DNA from: Bugula neritina
Taxonomy: Eukaryota > Animalia > Bryozoa
Direction of reading: 5' to 3'
DNA: 64,000 nucleotides
NCBI GenBank assembly: GCA_964035545.1
Contig: OZ037767.1
Span: 6,526,707-6,590,706 of the forward strand
The notes under the pieces are model-generated. The model was given only the letters and a program-made list of their open reading frames with translations, had not been told where the DNA came from and searched no databases. Below are positions 24,880 to 42,200 of this stretch, one piece after another. How positions within the stretch are numbered: the first letter of the stretch is position 1; each line of letters opens with the position of its first letter. Both the position numbers and the translations under genes were made by a program.

Positions 24880-27800
24880 CATTTTTGTGAGAGGGTGAAT
24901 ATTCTTGGCTATCAAGTCAGGGTACCCAAATCTCACAATTGAATGTTGCCTGACATAAAAGAAGTTGGGGCAGGTAATTGCTAATCATTTGATCAAAGTT
25001 TTAGTTGACACTAGTTGAAAATTTGTCTGTGGCATAACACAGATATATGAGTTAGCATAGCTGAATAAAAGTTTCATCATATGCTGCAGTAAAACATATT
25101 TTATTAAATAAAAAATAATTGAATATGTCAAGCAAACAATAATTACACACACAAAATAGTTAACTTATCCATGATAGATTATAAAATAAAGCAACTTTAG
25201 GCAAGAGAGAATGACTCCAATTTCAAATAACTACTATTTTTCTGTTATTTATAGTCAGGGATGCTTCTTGTTGTATATTATAGCTGCTACATTGAGTGAA
25301 TATGTATGTGTGTATCCCAAGTGTTAATAAATTGGCTTTCAAAATTTTAATTCATCAATTGAAAAGAGCCAATTTTATTAATCTCAGTTTATATTTGCAG
25401 CAACTAACCATTCAGTACATCTGTATAATTGAATATTGATTTATTGGTTTGCTCTGCATATTACAAGTTTCAAAAAATCTTAGCAATTAGTTCAAAAAAC
25501 ATTTTTAAAAACTAAAAACTTATGACTACAATTTTTGGAAGCAGTATGCATGTAAAGCATCTCTGTTTAGTTGATTAATTTACAAGTGGCTTTTAATAAG
25601 CGTATTTTAGGAGTCGTCTTTTCATCCCAAACCCCAACTTCATTGCTAGACATGTAGATTTGTATTCTTTGAATGATTACTATTATACGCATGCTATAGC
25701 CACAGTTAACCAGTTATTGATGATGCAAGCATATTGTTATTATATTATATTTATGCATATTTATTGGTGTATATTCTTGAAATCAAAGCATAACATTTAC
25801 TATGTATAATTCAAGCTGATTGTTTTTTCTTTTAGACTGTAAGCATATAATTATATGTTACTATTTTAAGTAATAATTAAGAAGCTCTTTTACATGAAGC
25901 ACAAATATCAACAAAATATGGTCAAAACACTACTTTAAATATACTACATCTCTCGATATGTAACAAAACCTAGTGTTCTAGACCATATCATATAAATCTT
26001 TAAAAATCGAAATAATTCCTTCTCTAAATTTTCATGTTTACAAGCTGTAACATAATACTCATATTCTGCTGTAGCAAAAAATATTACTTAAATAATTAAG
26101 TTATGACTTGTCCTAATTATTTAGTTCAATGCATAGCCTATATATTTTTTTTAATCTGCAAAGTAGGTCCAACACCCTAACTGATAATTGCAAATAGTTA
26201 ATATACAAGCTTGTTTTAAAAATATTACAATGTTTACATGTAATTTTTAATGTTGTGCATTTTAAATTATAGCTTCATTTTTCAAAAATGGTATATTCAT
26301 AGTATAATTTGAAGAGATGTCAGTTTTATTCTGCTCTGGAGTTATCCACTCTATTGATAAGTAATACAATACATCATCTAACAATGATATTTTTAATAAT
26401 ATTTTTATTGTGGCTTACTATAGTAAATTAAGGTTGTAACTTGGAGTGAGCTTAAATTTATAAACTATACAAAAAGCTCATAACTATAAGAAATTCGGTG
26501 TGTGGAAATTAATTTAATTTGCACTTTATAATTATATTATTTATCTGGCTTTGCACACTATGTAATACTACACAATTTTTATCTACAAATTATTTTGAGC
26601 CAATTTTCAATTGCTTGATAAGCAACCGTCAGTGAATTGTTGAATTTAATTGCCATGCGTGATACATGAGCTTTGAATACATAACTTGTTTAGATGCCAG
26701 TAAGCATGCTCTGCAGCTGCCTCTTACACAATTCATTTACTTGTATGCACGCGTTTATACATGGCAGCAGATATATAACTGGTTATAAGTTTACCGAAAG
26801 TTAAGGTCTAACTAACAAAATTATGTTTACAGTTTTAAATAGCTAACTAAAAATGGCAGCTTTTTATGCTTATAGATATGAGCATTTATAAATCGATAAT
26901 AAATAAATTAATGCTAAACATGATATGAACTAATTTTTAGATTATACCAAATTACAATAGCTATATTTTAAATAAGAACAATGATTTGAGAAATGTCAAT
27001 TTTTAAAAAATGCAGCAAAAAAGTTTGAAACAAGCGATTGTAGTGACAATGTTTTTATTTTGTGTTAGTTTATGCGGAGCCCGATCCCTATTCAACCAAA
27101 GGCTTTGGCCTCAAGATCTTTTTTTGCATATAGTAAAATACTTATATGTATTAGATTAAATATCCAGCTATAGTAACGATTATGGAAAACTAAATTATAA
27201 CTTTGTTATAATGCAATATATTTGATTTGTTTATTGTTGTATATTCTAGTAATACGAAGATCTTCTGTTTAGCGTTTCCTTTATTGTCTTCCACACCTGT
27301 TTTTCTAGTTTTACTCTTTTAATTTTTCTAAATATTTTAGATCTTATTAAACAACATTATAATGGTACAATATTATAGTGTTATAATGTTATAGTATTAT
27401 AATATTTTATTGCCATAATATTTTAGTACTATATAGTATAGTATTATTATAATATTATAAAAAGAACAAGGACTAAAAAATATTAGGCCCTGCATAGACT
27501 ACAATATTCAAAGATTAGCAATAGATGCATATAATATTATAAAATCCCAAGATAGGAAGATAATAGGAACGAGGAGGTATCTTAATTAATCATTCACCAT
27601 AATGCATATAAAAATGCTATTAAATATATAAAGTGTTTAGTTTTCTGATCAGATGCATATTTTAGAGAGAATAATAATTTTGCTAATAGATTGTCTATAT
27701 TTGTACAGAAGTCTTGATCTGAGGTTATATTACAAGCCAGTACTCAACATCAGATGGTTACAACTCCTAATTTTATCTATTGTAACTTTTGGTAACGTTA

Positions 27801-30318
27801 TTTGCCTCTAATGCATACATTTATATCAGTTTCGTATTTCATACTCGTATGGCATTATATTATCAGTAAGTAGTTTAAGCTTCCGAGCATTTGAGGTATT
27901 AAAATATGCATCTTGCTACGACTGGAAAAAGTCTCAAGTTACCGATATCTTTATTAGAGCATAGAGCAATAATAAGATTTAGTGAAGCAGTTACAATACA
28001 ATTAGACACTGTGACAGAAACACTAGTTCATATTTGTGTATAAACTGTTACGCATACATAAGCTATAAACAAATGACCTAAAAATTTAGTTCTTAGTTTA
28101 AAGATGCATATAAATATTATATAATACTGTTTAACTAATATTTAAGATAGCAAGTGGCTAAAAGTATCATAAAAACACATGAATTACAATAATATTATAT
28201 GTTGTACAGTATTCATTTATGTTATTTGTTCACTTACGATAAAAAGCAAATGTGCTGTAATTGTAATTTACATACAATACGTAAAAATACTTGGTGTACA
28301 GATATGCACCTCCCTATAATGAAATTGAATGTAACTTCATCCATAACAATGTTAAACTTAGAGTTCTAACTAAAGATATTTTTCAAGTGACAAAGCTAAT
28401 TATAATCACTGGGGCAGATAGAAAATGCTTTCATGCATACTTATACTTATAGCTGCTTGTTTGCATGCACACACCCACTCAGCACTACATGTATGTTAAT
28501 ATGAATTATGACATTACATCACACATGAGTCAGTCTAAAGAAAAACTATTAACTTTGTGGGAGACAACTCCCTACTCATCACAGCTAAGTATTATGTTTT
28601 TTAAATTTAAAATATATAAAACATTCTTTTAGAATCATCCAAACAGCCAGCCTGTTTTCTGTACTAATCAGTCAAGAATATTAACTGTATTAATCAGTTT
28701 TCATGACTATTGAAGTTTGCTCATATTAAAAGATTTTCATTATGTTATAACACCACACGATTCCTATTGGGTGTTCACAAAATAAAATTATTATAATCAT
28801 ATTTTAATTACGTTTTTATTTGTTGACAAGTAGGTTTTAAGATGGAATAGATTGGAAAGTTGCAATTTTTTGTTGGTGATGCATTTTCTGCAGTTAAAAT
28901 GTCAGCAACTGCTTTATTGCCATCATGATTTACAATGTATAATTAAATTACAATGACTGGCAAAATACACTGATTGATGATGTAACTATAATGTACAGAT
29001 TGTTATGTAAACATCTAATTGTGACTTTTGCCATTAGTCTATTCCAAGGCTTTGATTATATGTATGTAAAAAGTTTATACCGTTATATGTTAAGTTACAT
29101 AATGCTGTTATGTCATATAATCCAATATAGTGGGAATTTATTTATTATCTAAACTGCTAGCATAAAACACAAAGCGAAATATATTTATTACAAAAATATA
29201 CCATTGTCACTCAAACAAATTTCAATACCATCACATTTAATATCTATGTATAGTTGGTCTTCTCATGCATACTTGTAAGCTACATTATATTTTTACTATT
29301 ATATGTTATTTTCAACACCAAGTATACTATAGGATGAGCATTTCTATATAGTTAACAAAGATGGCAGCTGTGAAGGTACCATACGCTTACATGCAGTTAT
29401 TTACTCAAGCTATTGACTACTGTCATTTTTTAAGCTTTCCGTCAATAAAACAAACTCTCAATACTATACTTGCCGGTGATAGTGGGTAATATGATACTAG
29501 TGTGTATACATGACTTTGTGTAGCTGTCCGAAGCTATCCTAACTAAATATCGTCATATCCATAGGCACAAAGTAAAGTCACCAGTAAATTGAGTAGCCAG
29601 CACCCTTTTATACAATATTTGGAAACAGTTGGGCTGATATGCCCAAAGTATTTATTCACCGCTTAGCAAATTGATAGTTTTATGTTTTAATATTTAAACT
29701 GTATAATATTGATAGTTTACAATTCTTTGTGGAACTGGAGGACAAATATTGTAATGTCCACAAGATGTAGACTGTTAGGCTGCTCACAACTACCGGCATC
29801 AGATAGAAAACACACTTATAGAGCAAATAATTACTTCAACCAGTGATCAGCGATTGATGAATAATTGACATGAGATCTCTACTGCATTGTGGCATTTCAT
29901 ATTGTTTGCTACTTTATAGTGAGTTTATTTAATGATATAGCTGGAAAATCAAATGACAATCATTATAGTATAACTATAATTATAACAGTATACAGGTATG
30001 TATTTGAGAAATGATTCATTAAAATGAAAAAGTGCCTACATAGGATTTTTATATAAATTTAACTCCATACAAAATGCCAGTAAATCATTAGCAAGGTATC
30101 TATAAATGTTTGTCATAAAAATAATATTATGATCACCAACAATTCTAAGAAAGTTTTTGAATACTTTGTTTTAGATCGTTAGCAAGAATATAATACAGTT
30201 ACCATCAACAACTTAATAAAACAATTAAATAAGATAGAGGGAGCATAAACTAAAATAAAATATATTATATAACTGTACAATAGTTTTATAGCCAAAGATT
30301 TTAAGTGTGAAGAGGCAA

Positions 30319-34439
<4,121 letters not shown>

Positions 34440-37400
34440 ATCTTATTTTCCTCTTTCGTCTTACTTCTCTGTAAGAATGACACACTGTACCCAATCTGAT
34501 AATAATACATTAAGTTTTATACCCAACTTTACACTTACAGACGGGATTTTTAGATCTTGTCTTGGTCTGCATGTTAATGTGAAGGTAGTTTTGGTTCTTT
34601 TTCAAAAAGACTGAGTTTAATAGCTTGCAGGCCTTAGTACATATATTGCTGGGTATCTAAACTAGCAGTGTTCTGAAAAAATTGTACTGCATCAGGAAAT
34701 ATTTTGCAATAAACTTTTTAATAGTATTATAGTCAATTTAATTTAGTCAGTAGCCATGTTACATACACAAAGCATCAGTAAGCCTAGATACTTAATACAT
34801 GAAACTATTATATAATAAAATAAAACCATTACAATGAAACATTCTTTTTCAGCTATTTAGGCTTAGATTATGACAAGCATTTTTATAATATGTTATATAA
34901 AGTTGAGTATAAATTGGAAGCTAATCACTGCAGTGAATCACATCAAGTGGCAGTGATATTCAGCTAAGTGCTTGAGCACTTTGAACTATAGACTTTTATA
35001 GCTCAATAGCCTATACATACTCAGTAACAATAACTTTATAAATTAGAAGTTCTATTTTTGTTCTTTTACCGATAAATTATAAATGTCCAATAAAGACTTT
35101 TGAAACTATGCCAATAAGCTGAGTCACACTCACATACATTGATTTACATTTAGAAACAGCAAGATAAATAAAATTAAAATCAGAGAATATATTTATATAT
35201 ATAGTCTTACTAACCTTATTATAGATTCTCTTGCATGAATATAGGGTTCAAGAAAGACTGCAAATGTTGGTAAGAAGTAAAATGAATGATCAGCTTGATT
35301 GAGTTTGTCTAATTAGCAGCTCTGCTATACGCGCAACTACTCAGCAATAAGTAGAGGTCTTCGAATCACTACTAGATACTAGTGGACTGCCTTCAATACT
35401 GACAGCATTGCAACACCTACAGCTGTTTATTACCTGTGCAATGAGTATGTTCATTTTATCCAATCAAATCTTCTCTTTGTTAAAACAGTTCATTACTGCA
35501 CTCTTTAGATGTGGCTATATCGCACTGTGTAATATTGAATCATCAAAGCGGCTAAGAGTTTGTGGAGTGCAAAATCTATATAGAACTAACAGAAGAAAAG
35601 AAATTAAACGAGAACAATAAAAACTTGATGTAACAAATAAAAAATAAAGTAGGTGTACTACATAATATAAATAATAGTGCTTAGGCCCTAATGTTGTAAA
35701 GAGAAAATATTACTTTACCTGCAAATAGCATGAATGGATATCATTTGTTAATATTTGATTTTATTTGTTGTAGCTTTTAGAAAATTGTGAAATATTGAAA
35801 ATATGCTTTATCCAACTGTTATTTACTTTGCGTATAGATTACACAGATATAAACAAGCATACTATTCGAGCTGTAAAATATAAGAAACAAGGCTATTTAG
35901 GTTAAGTAAGAAAATACTAATATAAAAAGCTGAAACATTTAGCTTTGGTAAATGAATTTTTTCTTTTCTCTTTAAAAATGTAGCAATTGCTACAACAATA
36001 TAATTGATATGTTTACCCTTTTATGGGAGTTTGTTATGGAATAAATTATATAGGTTATATACAAATATTATATAATACAATAGGTATGTATATTATATGT
36101 AATAGTTATATTATATATATAATATATATAAAATATATATAATATATACTCCCATCATATAAATATTTATGTAATTGTAGCAATTTCTTTGCTATTTCTT
36201 ATAGTTTTAGTTTATAAAAGGTTGAAATTTTTATTTAACCAGATCAAAACCTATTTTCCAAGCATATAGCTGCTGATTTTTTATTGACAGTGTAAAGAGT
36301 TAGAAAGTACTCTATTGTGCTATGTGTGTAATATTGGTATAAATAAACAATACAGTCACATGCACTTTCAATTTTTTCAAGATATCATTAAAGGAGTGGC
36401 CATCTTGACTAATTACCAGAGCTGTGGTCTAAAGCTCCCCACACATATAAATAGAAGACAATGGTTATTATTGAGGAAACCAATAAACAATTATAAGCTG
36501 TAAATATGGGGAAATAAGTTCAACCACATTTAATTGTTGACAATCTTTGAAAAAGTTGAACAAAGTATTTAAATATAATTACTGTTACATTTGCATTTAT
36601 TCAATTTTATAAATTATATGTAATCTTATAAATTGTTATTTAAACTAAAATATTCTTTAAGTGTTCAAATAAAAAGATTACGATATGCAATTACAGAATA
36701 AATAACATAATTTGGAAAAATACATTTAGAGCCTCATAGCACCATAACGAGACCTGAATGAATTTATACTCTTAAAAGGTATCTATTCCCATCAAAAAAA
36801 TTAGATTTTGTTATTTCAGGCAGTCTAATTAATTGGCTAAACAAACTGTGGCATTCTTAACCTATATTAGATTACACTTGTGGCTGACAGCTAATGAAAT
36901 GATGCCAATGATGAGCCCAGACCACCTTAAATATGTATTAATTCACAAACAGGTAATTTGATTTTCAAAACACCTGATACTCAACTGCAAGGAAAACTTA
37001 CAGACTAAATATTCTCTAATATTGCTTGAAGCAACTCATTGTATGACAGCGGTTTGGCAATTCCATTGCTTAGATAACTTTTTTTATGCTGCTTAGAAAT
37101 TATATCAATAAAATATTTGTCACAATTAAAACATGATTTTGTAAAAAAAATGTATGATCAACAGACCTTCGTATATAATCTTACAGTCTGTAACATTGAC
37201 TGCTGATCAATGTGTTAGGAAATGGTGTACTCTTCCTTAGTTGGCTGCATCCTTTAGACCAACCACATGATAGTGTGTTAACTAGCTATTAATAATGCAA
37301 ATCATTCAAGATTAAAATGATGACATCTTCAAATCAGAGTTACAACAATAACAAGCACCACCCTGCTTTCCATCACATGTTTTTCAGGATTAAATAAAGA

Positions 37401-37821
37401 GAAGATATTTTCTGAATACAAACTAAAATATAAGAGCAAAGCAAATGTATACACAGTCACACAATGCTAGTATACACATGTCTTGTATACAATAGATGTA
37501 AGTCATTCCATTCACGCTTATTTATTAGTGGCCAGTAATACCTACTGCAAACATAATAGCCAAACAACTCTAAAAAACCAAATTAAACATCCTTGACTAA
37601 TTTCAGTTGCTATAAAATCACCAAGACATGCGATACTTTGGCTAACAGCAATGAATCTTAAAATGTCACGGGTAATTATATGTCAGCAATACAGAGCTGT
37701 AACATTGTCCGATTACCTAGGAGCACTTTAGAGCACTTAGGAGCACCTTGGCTATGGAGAATTTGATGGCATTGTATATAATATACTGTAGATGCTTCTG
37801 CCTGAACATGTTATATAGCTG

Positions 37822-38105
37822 TGTTCGGTAAAATTGGCACAGAAAAAAATGGCACATGCAGGTAAAAATTGCACAGAAAAATGGCATAGGTAATAATGAC
37901 ACAAGTAATAATGGCACAAATGGAAAAGTAGGTAAAATGGCACAATTTCAATATTGGAGGTTTGGGTTGGGAGTGGGTGGTTTGGGGTTAGAATTGGGGG
38001 TTTGAGTTTGGGCGAATTTGACATCATTGTGCCATTTTTACGTAATTTTCCATTTGGGCCATATTATACCTAACATTACTACCTGTGCCATTTTTATCTT
38101 GAATC
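37822..38105. mobile_element. Foldback/MITE-like element with modular inverted arms and a G-rich core
   Basis: The left arm repeats ggtaa(a/t)aatggcaca. The right arm repeats the complement tgtgccattttta. The central G-rich spacer spans 37956-38012. Confidence 0.7.
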
Positions 38106-39263
38106 TTTATGTAGCAGCTTCACTTTTATGCACAGAGGGGTGATAACACTAGTTGGTTAGAGCTAGTAAATCATTTTATGTCAGTCAGTCTTCTCAATGT
38201 TTGCCTTTCATTTGGGAAATAAACGTAGAACTGTCAGCTGTATTACACTACATCCCTCTAGATAATGTTACGAATAAACAAGAAGCTCATAAAAAAGTAA
38301 TACCTATATATCTAACGATCAACTTATGCCTTTATTATAATCTGTTTGCATACTTCTATTTCAGCAGCAGCAGCAGTTTTATAGTAAAGGTAGAAGTGGA
38401 TGTGTTTGTTGTTTAGATGGGGATATACCTATAGCTTAAAAGTCAAGTGACAATACAAAATGTATCAATAGCTGGCAGATGTTTAGCCCATGCCATTTTG
38501 AATGTTAAAGAAATTATTTCATTGAATCAATACAGTTGAATAGAAAAGCAAGCCTATAATATAATTGACACTTTGATTTACAGCGGCTTTTTAACTTAAA
38601 GATAACAAACTAAATAGCAACACATTTACAACGAATCTGTTTTGGGCTTTAGTGTTGAGTAGTTATAGCCAATGCAAAGAAGTAAGCATTTCTCAAACCA
38701 CAGGCAGGTTAAACAATCTTTTATGCATTAAGACTATGTGTGTAAAGCTGGTACTAAATATAACATATGTGAAGATATCAAGAATGTGCCTTGAAAGTTT
38801 ATGTTTTAACCATATAATCTAAGCTTGTGTAAATATACAAATGCTTTATAACTGTTGTATTCAACCACTTTGAAAAATGATTGCATAATATGAAACTGTA
38901 ATATTATTATAGAAAATATATATACCACAGCAAGAAACATTGATTATAAATAAAAATATATACTTTTTCACTTACACATAACAGCTTTGAAGTTACAGCA
39001 GAAAAGCCAAGGAAATGCAACTAGTATTCCTGCATTAATTGGCGTTGAAATCATCAAGTACGAGAACCAAATAACTAACGTACTAAAAATATGATATATT
39101 TGTGTTTGTTAGCTATTTTTTAGAGTTTAACAGCTGTCACAAAAAATTATAATTGTCAACTAGAATATAAAGTTAACTGAATCATGAAATGTTTCACCAG
39201 GTGCGAATATTCAGCAAGCTATAAGTGCAGCCTCTACTGACCGAGGGCTAGAGGAGTTCAGAT

Positions 39264-42200
39264 TTATTCTCTCCTGCACACTTTGCTGATAGCACTCAGC
39301 ACAGTCTGGGCAGTCACTTCCTGTACGTTACATAAGTTCTGTAGTGCATACAGCATCCTCATGGCAAATGGCTCCTGCAAATCAATATTTTGAAATATCT
39401 TTACAGCTAGGATATTATCTATATTACTATTTTTAAAATTAATACTTAAGTTTATGCAATTTTATATAAGAAATTTTTAATAAGTAGATACATTAATTAA
39501 ATACATTACAGTCTGTTTTAGTATAGGATATGCAATAATTCAATGTGATAGTAATAAATATTCTTTAATAATATAAAGCTTGTTTTATTATATCGAAATA
39601 TATAACCATGTAAAATGGCCCCCTGTAAAAATAGATAAAATTTAAGTGTCTTGCATAACTACTTTGCCAAGATGTGTTATATATAGTAGTTTTCACAATT
39701 TAAAGGTGGAAAATTTTCACCACTCTACTAATTTGTTTTGTTTGTCTTTAGGTTTACCCAATAAGTAAAATGAAAGAGTAGATAGTATGGTGTGTCATTA
39801 GGCAAGAGGTGATGATTGGGCAAATAACAAAACTATTTTTGTACAAATGAACAGTTGAGTGAAAACTGTAAAAAATTTGTTGTATCTGTAACGTCGTTTT
39901 CATATAATGATATCTTAAATGACTCAACAGTGTGTATGGCATGCAGCTACACAGGCAGGTGTAAATAATCAAAAGTACCATCATTTTAACGTATAGTAAG
40001 AAATTGTTTCATATTTATAAAAAAATGCACTTTACATTTTTTGAGGTATATAGAAGTTTTCAACCTAAATGTTCTTTGTTTACATTCAAAAAATATGTAA
40101 AATTTATAAAATATTCTTAGTGAAACATTTTGATCAAGGATGTTTGAAGAAATTTCATTTGCATAACTTACATTTCCAAAGTTTCTGCATGCGATCATGT
40201 AGCTGTCAACAGCTGGCTCATAGCAATCAAAGTTTATAGCCTCAGTTCTCTGAGTCATAGTCTCAGTTACTATCGGGTGACTGTGATTGAGAGCCATAGA
40301 CACAATGTACTTCATCTCGCGGCTAATTTTGTTGCGTTGCTGTAACAGAAAGTCATCAATATCAGCAGCTGCTTAAAAAGTTTTAATTTTTCATAAGAAC
40401 TTATACTTCAGTTAGAAAACACTTGTGTACTCTAGCAAAATATTACAGAACTCTGTACGCTCCTATAAACTCTAGGCATATAAATATGATCTAGAAGCAG
40501 CGGTTGAAATACAGTTGAACATTTTAGCAAATGCAGTCCGTGACAAGACAATTTTTGTTGAGAAGACTACTCCAACCACTCAACGTAATAAGCTGTGAAT
40601 TAGTTTAAAGTTATGCTTCACCTGCACACTGCACCTGCTTCTTTAGAATAAACGCTCATTACTGATTGTTTACATGTGAGGAGCTATAATGATAACATTA
40701 CCTGAATAGAGTTCAGAAATCAGGTTTTGTATCATTAAATCCATGTGATACAAGCTGAACACAATGTGTTTGCACATCAAATAATACAGTATAAAGATTT
40801 TAATCGATTTTAACTTGCAAACACATACATTACCTTATATATAAACGTCAGCTATGTATTATAATTATAATAAACTAATACCAAAAGGGAATGATGAAGT
40901 TGGGCAGATAACTCTGGTTTCTTGTCCTCTGAAGCACTGTCAATCTTCTGATTAAGGATGTGAAGGTCAACATCATCAACAGAGACGGCATCAAACTAAA
41001 ATACATCCGCTTTTTATAGCATAAAAAACTGAGTTGGTTTAAAGTAATCGATATATTGATTTGATTATGAGGTGATTGATATGTTGATTTAAGGTTATAG
41101 TAATATATTGATTTGAGGTGTTCAATATTTTATGCATTAGACAATTTCTGCTGCATTTTTCTAAAATAAACTGATGATAAGAATCAACTATATGATGGCA
41201 CACATCTCACTCTTAGTACCAGCATTAATCCCATTGAGTCATAGCTGGCATTGGTATTGACTGAAATTTCCGATGCTTATTTGAATTTAATTGGGCTACT
41301 TTGTAGCATATATTATACTTACTCGAACAGGTGGGTATTCTACAATGCTGTCCTTAGCTTTGCTTCCAAAAAAATTTGCTACTGGCTCCTTGCTTATGCT
41401 CATATACCCATACTCTTGTACATGACTGAGATTGGTCTTTGCTTTCACCAACTCTACAATGATAAGTCACACTGTTCATAATGAAATGCTAATTAAGCTA
41501 ACATCAATTCATGTAGAAGTTTTTCTAGCTGCTAACTATGTAATATAATTTTGCTACTTTCTACACATGAAAATTTAAAATCAACGGTTGCACGCGCGCG
41601 CACATACACACACGCATATATATAGTTTTAAACATTGGCTTATATGTAGAGACGCACATAATATTAAACAGGTTAGGACAGCCGCACATATACTAAAACT
41701 TAGAAGTTGTTTGCTCCTGTTACTTAGAAGTTGTTTGCTCCTGTTGCACAATGTTTCTAAACGTTGATGTTAAAACTTGTAATTTCGTAATGATATAGCA
41801 TGGATAGGCTACAGCATTATTTTTTGTAGTTTTATGTATGTTTGTACTTCCAGTAGCTTTTGCAATAACTTAAGAAGGAGTGATAAATAGGTAATCAATT
41901 AACTATTGCTTGTTGATAATGTATCCACTGGGGTTTTTATCTTTTAGAATAATTAATTCAATTTTAGGAAAATACAATTCACAATAAAATTTGAGTCTTA
42001 CAAGAAATCAAAGTTTTGATACTTGAAGAAATATCTACACTAATAATTATTCACAATAATGTATGCTTTATATACACTAATGCATACTAATGCACTTAAT
42101 GACGTACTAATTTGCTACAGTATAAACACTAATATACCATACATGCTATATTGTGCAAATTAACTTTGCTGATAGTGTGCACTATATAAATCAACACACA

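Noticed and set aside
24900-30300. Search for a hidden gene downstream of Six1/2
   Set aside because: No ORF of 60 aa or more and no chainable exons; most likely 3' UTR and regulatory or intergenic DNA.
37717-38027. Minus-strand ORFs with Pro- and Cys/His/Tyr-rich repeats
   Set aside because: Translations of the foldback element arms and G-rich core.
38976-39082. Apparent minus-strand exon after the legumain stop
   Set aside because: Legumain already terminates at 39264, and no frame gives a recognisable protein.
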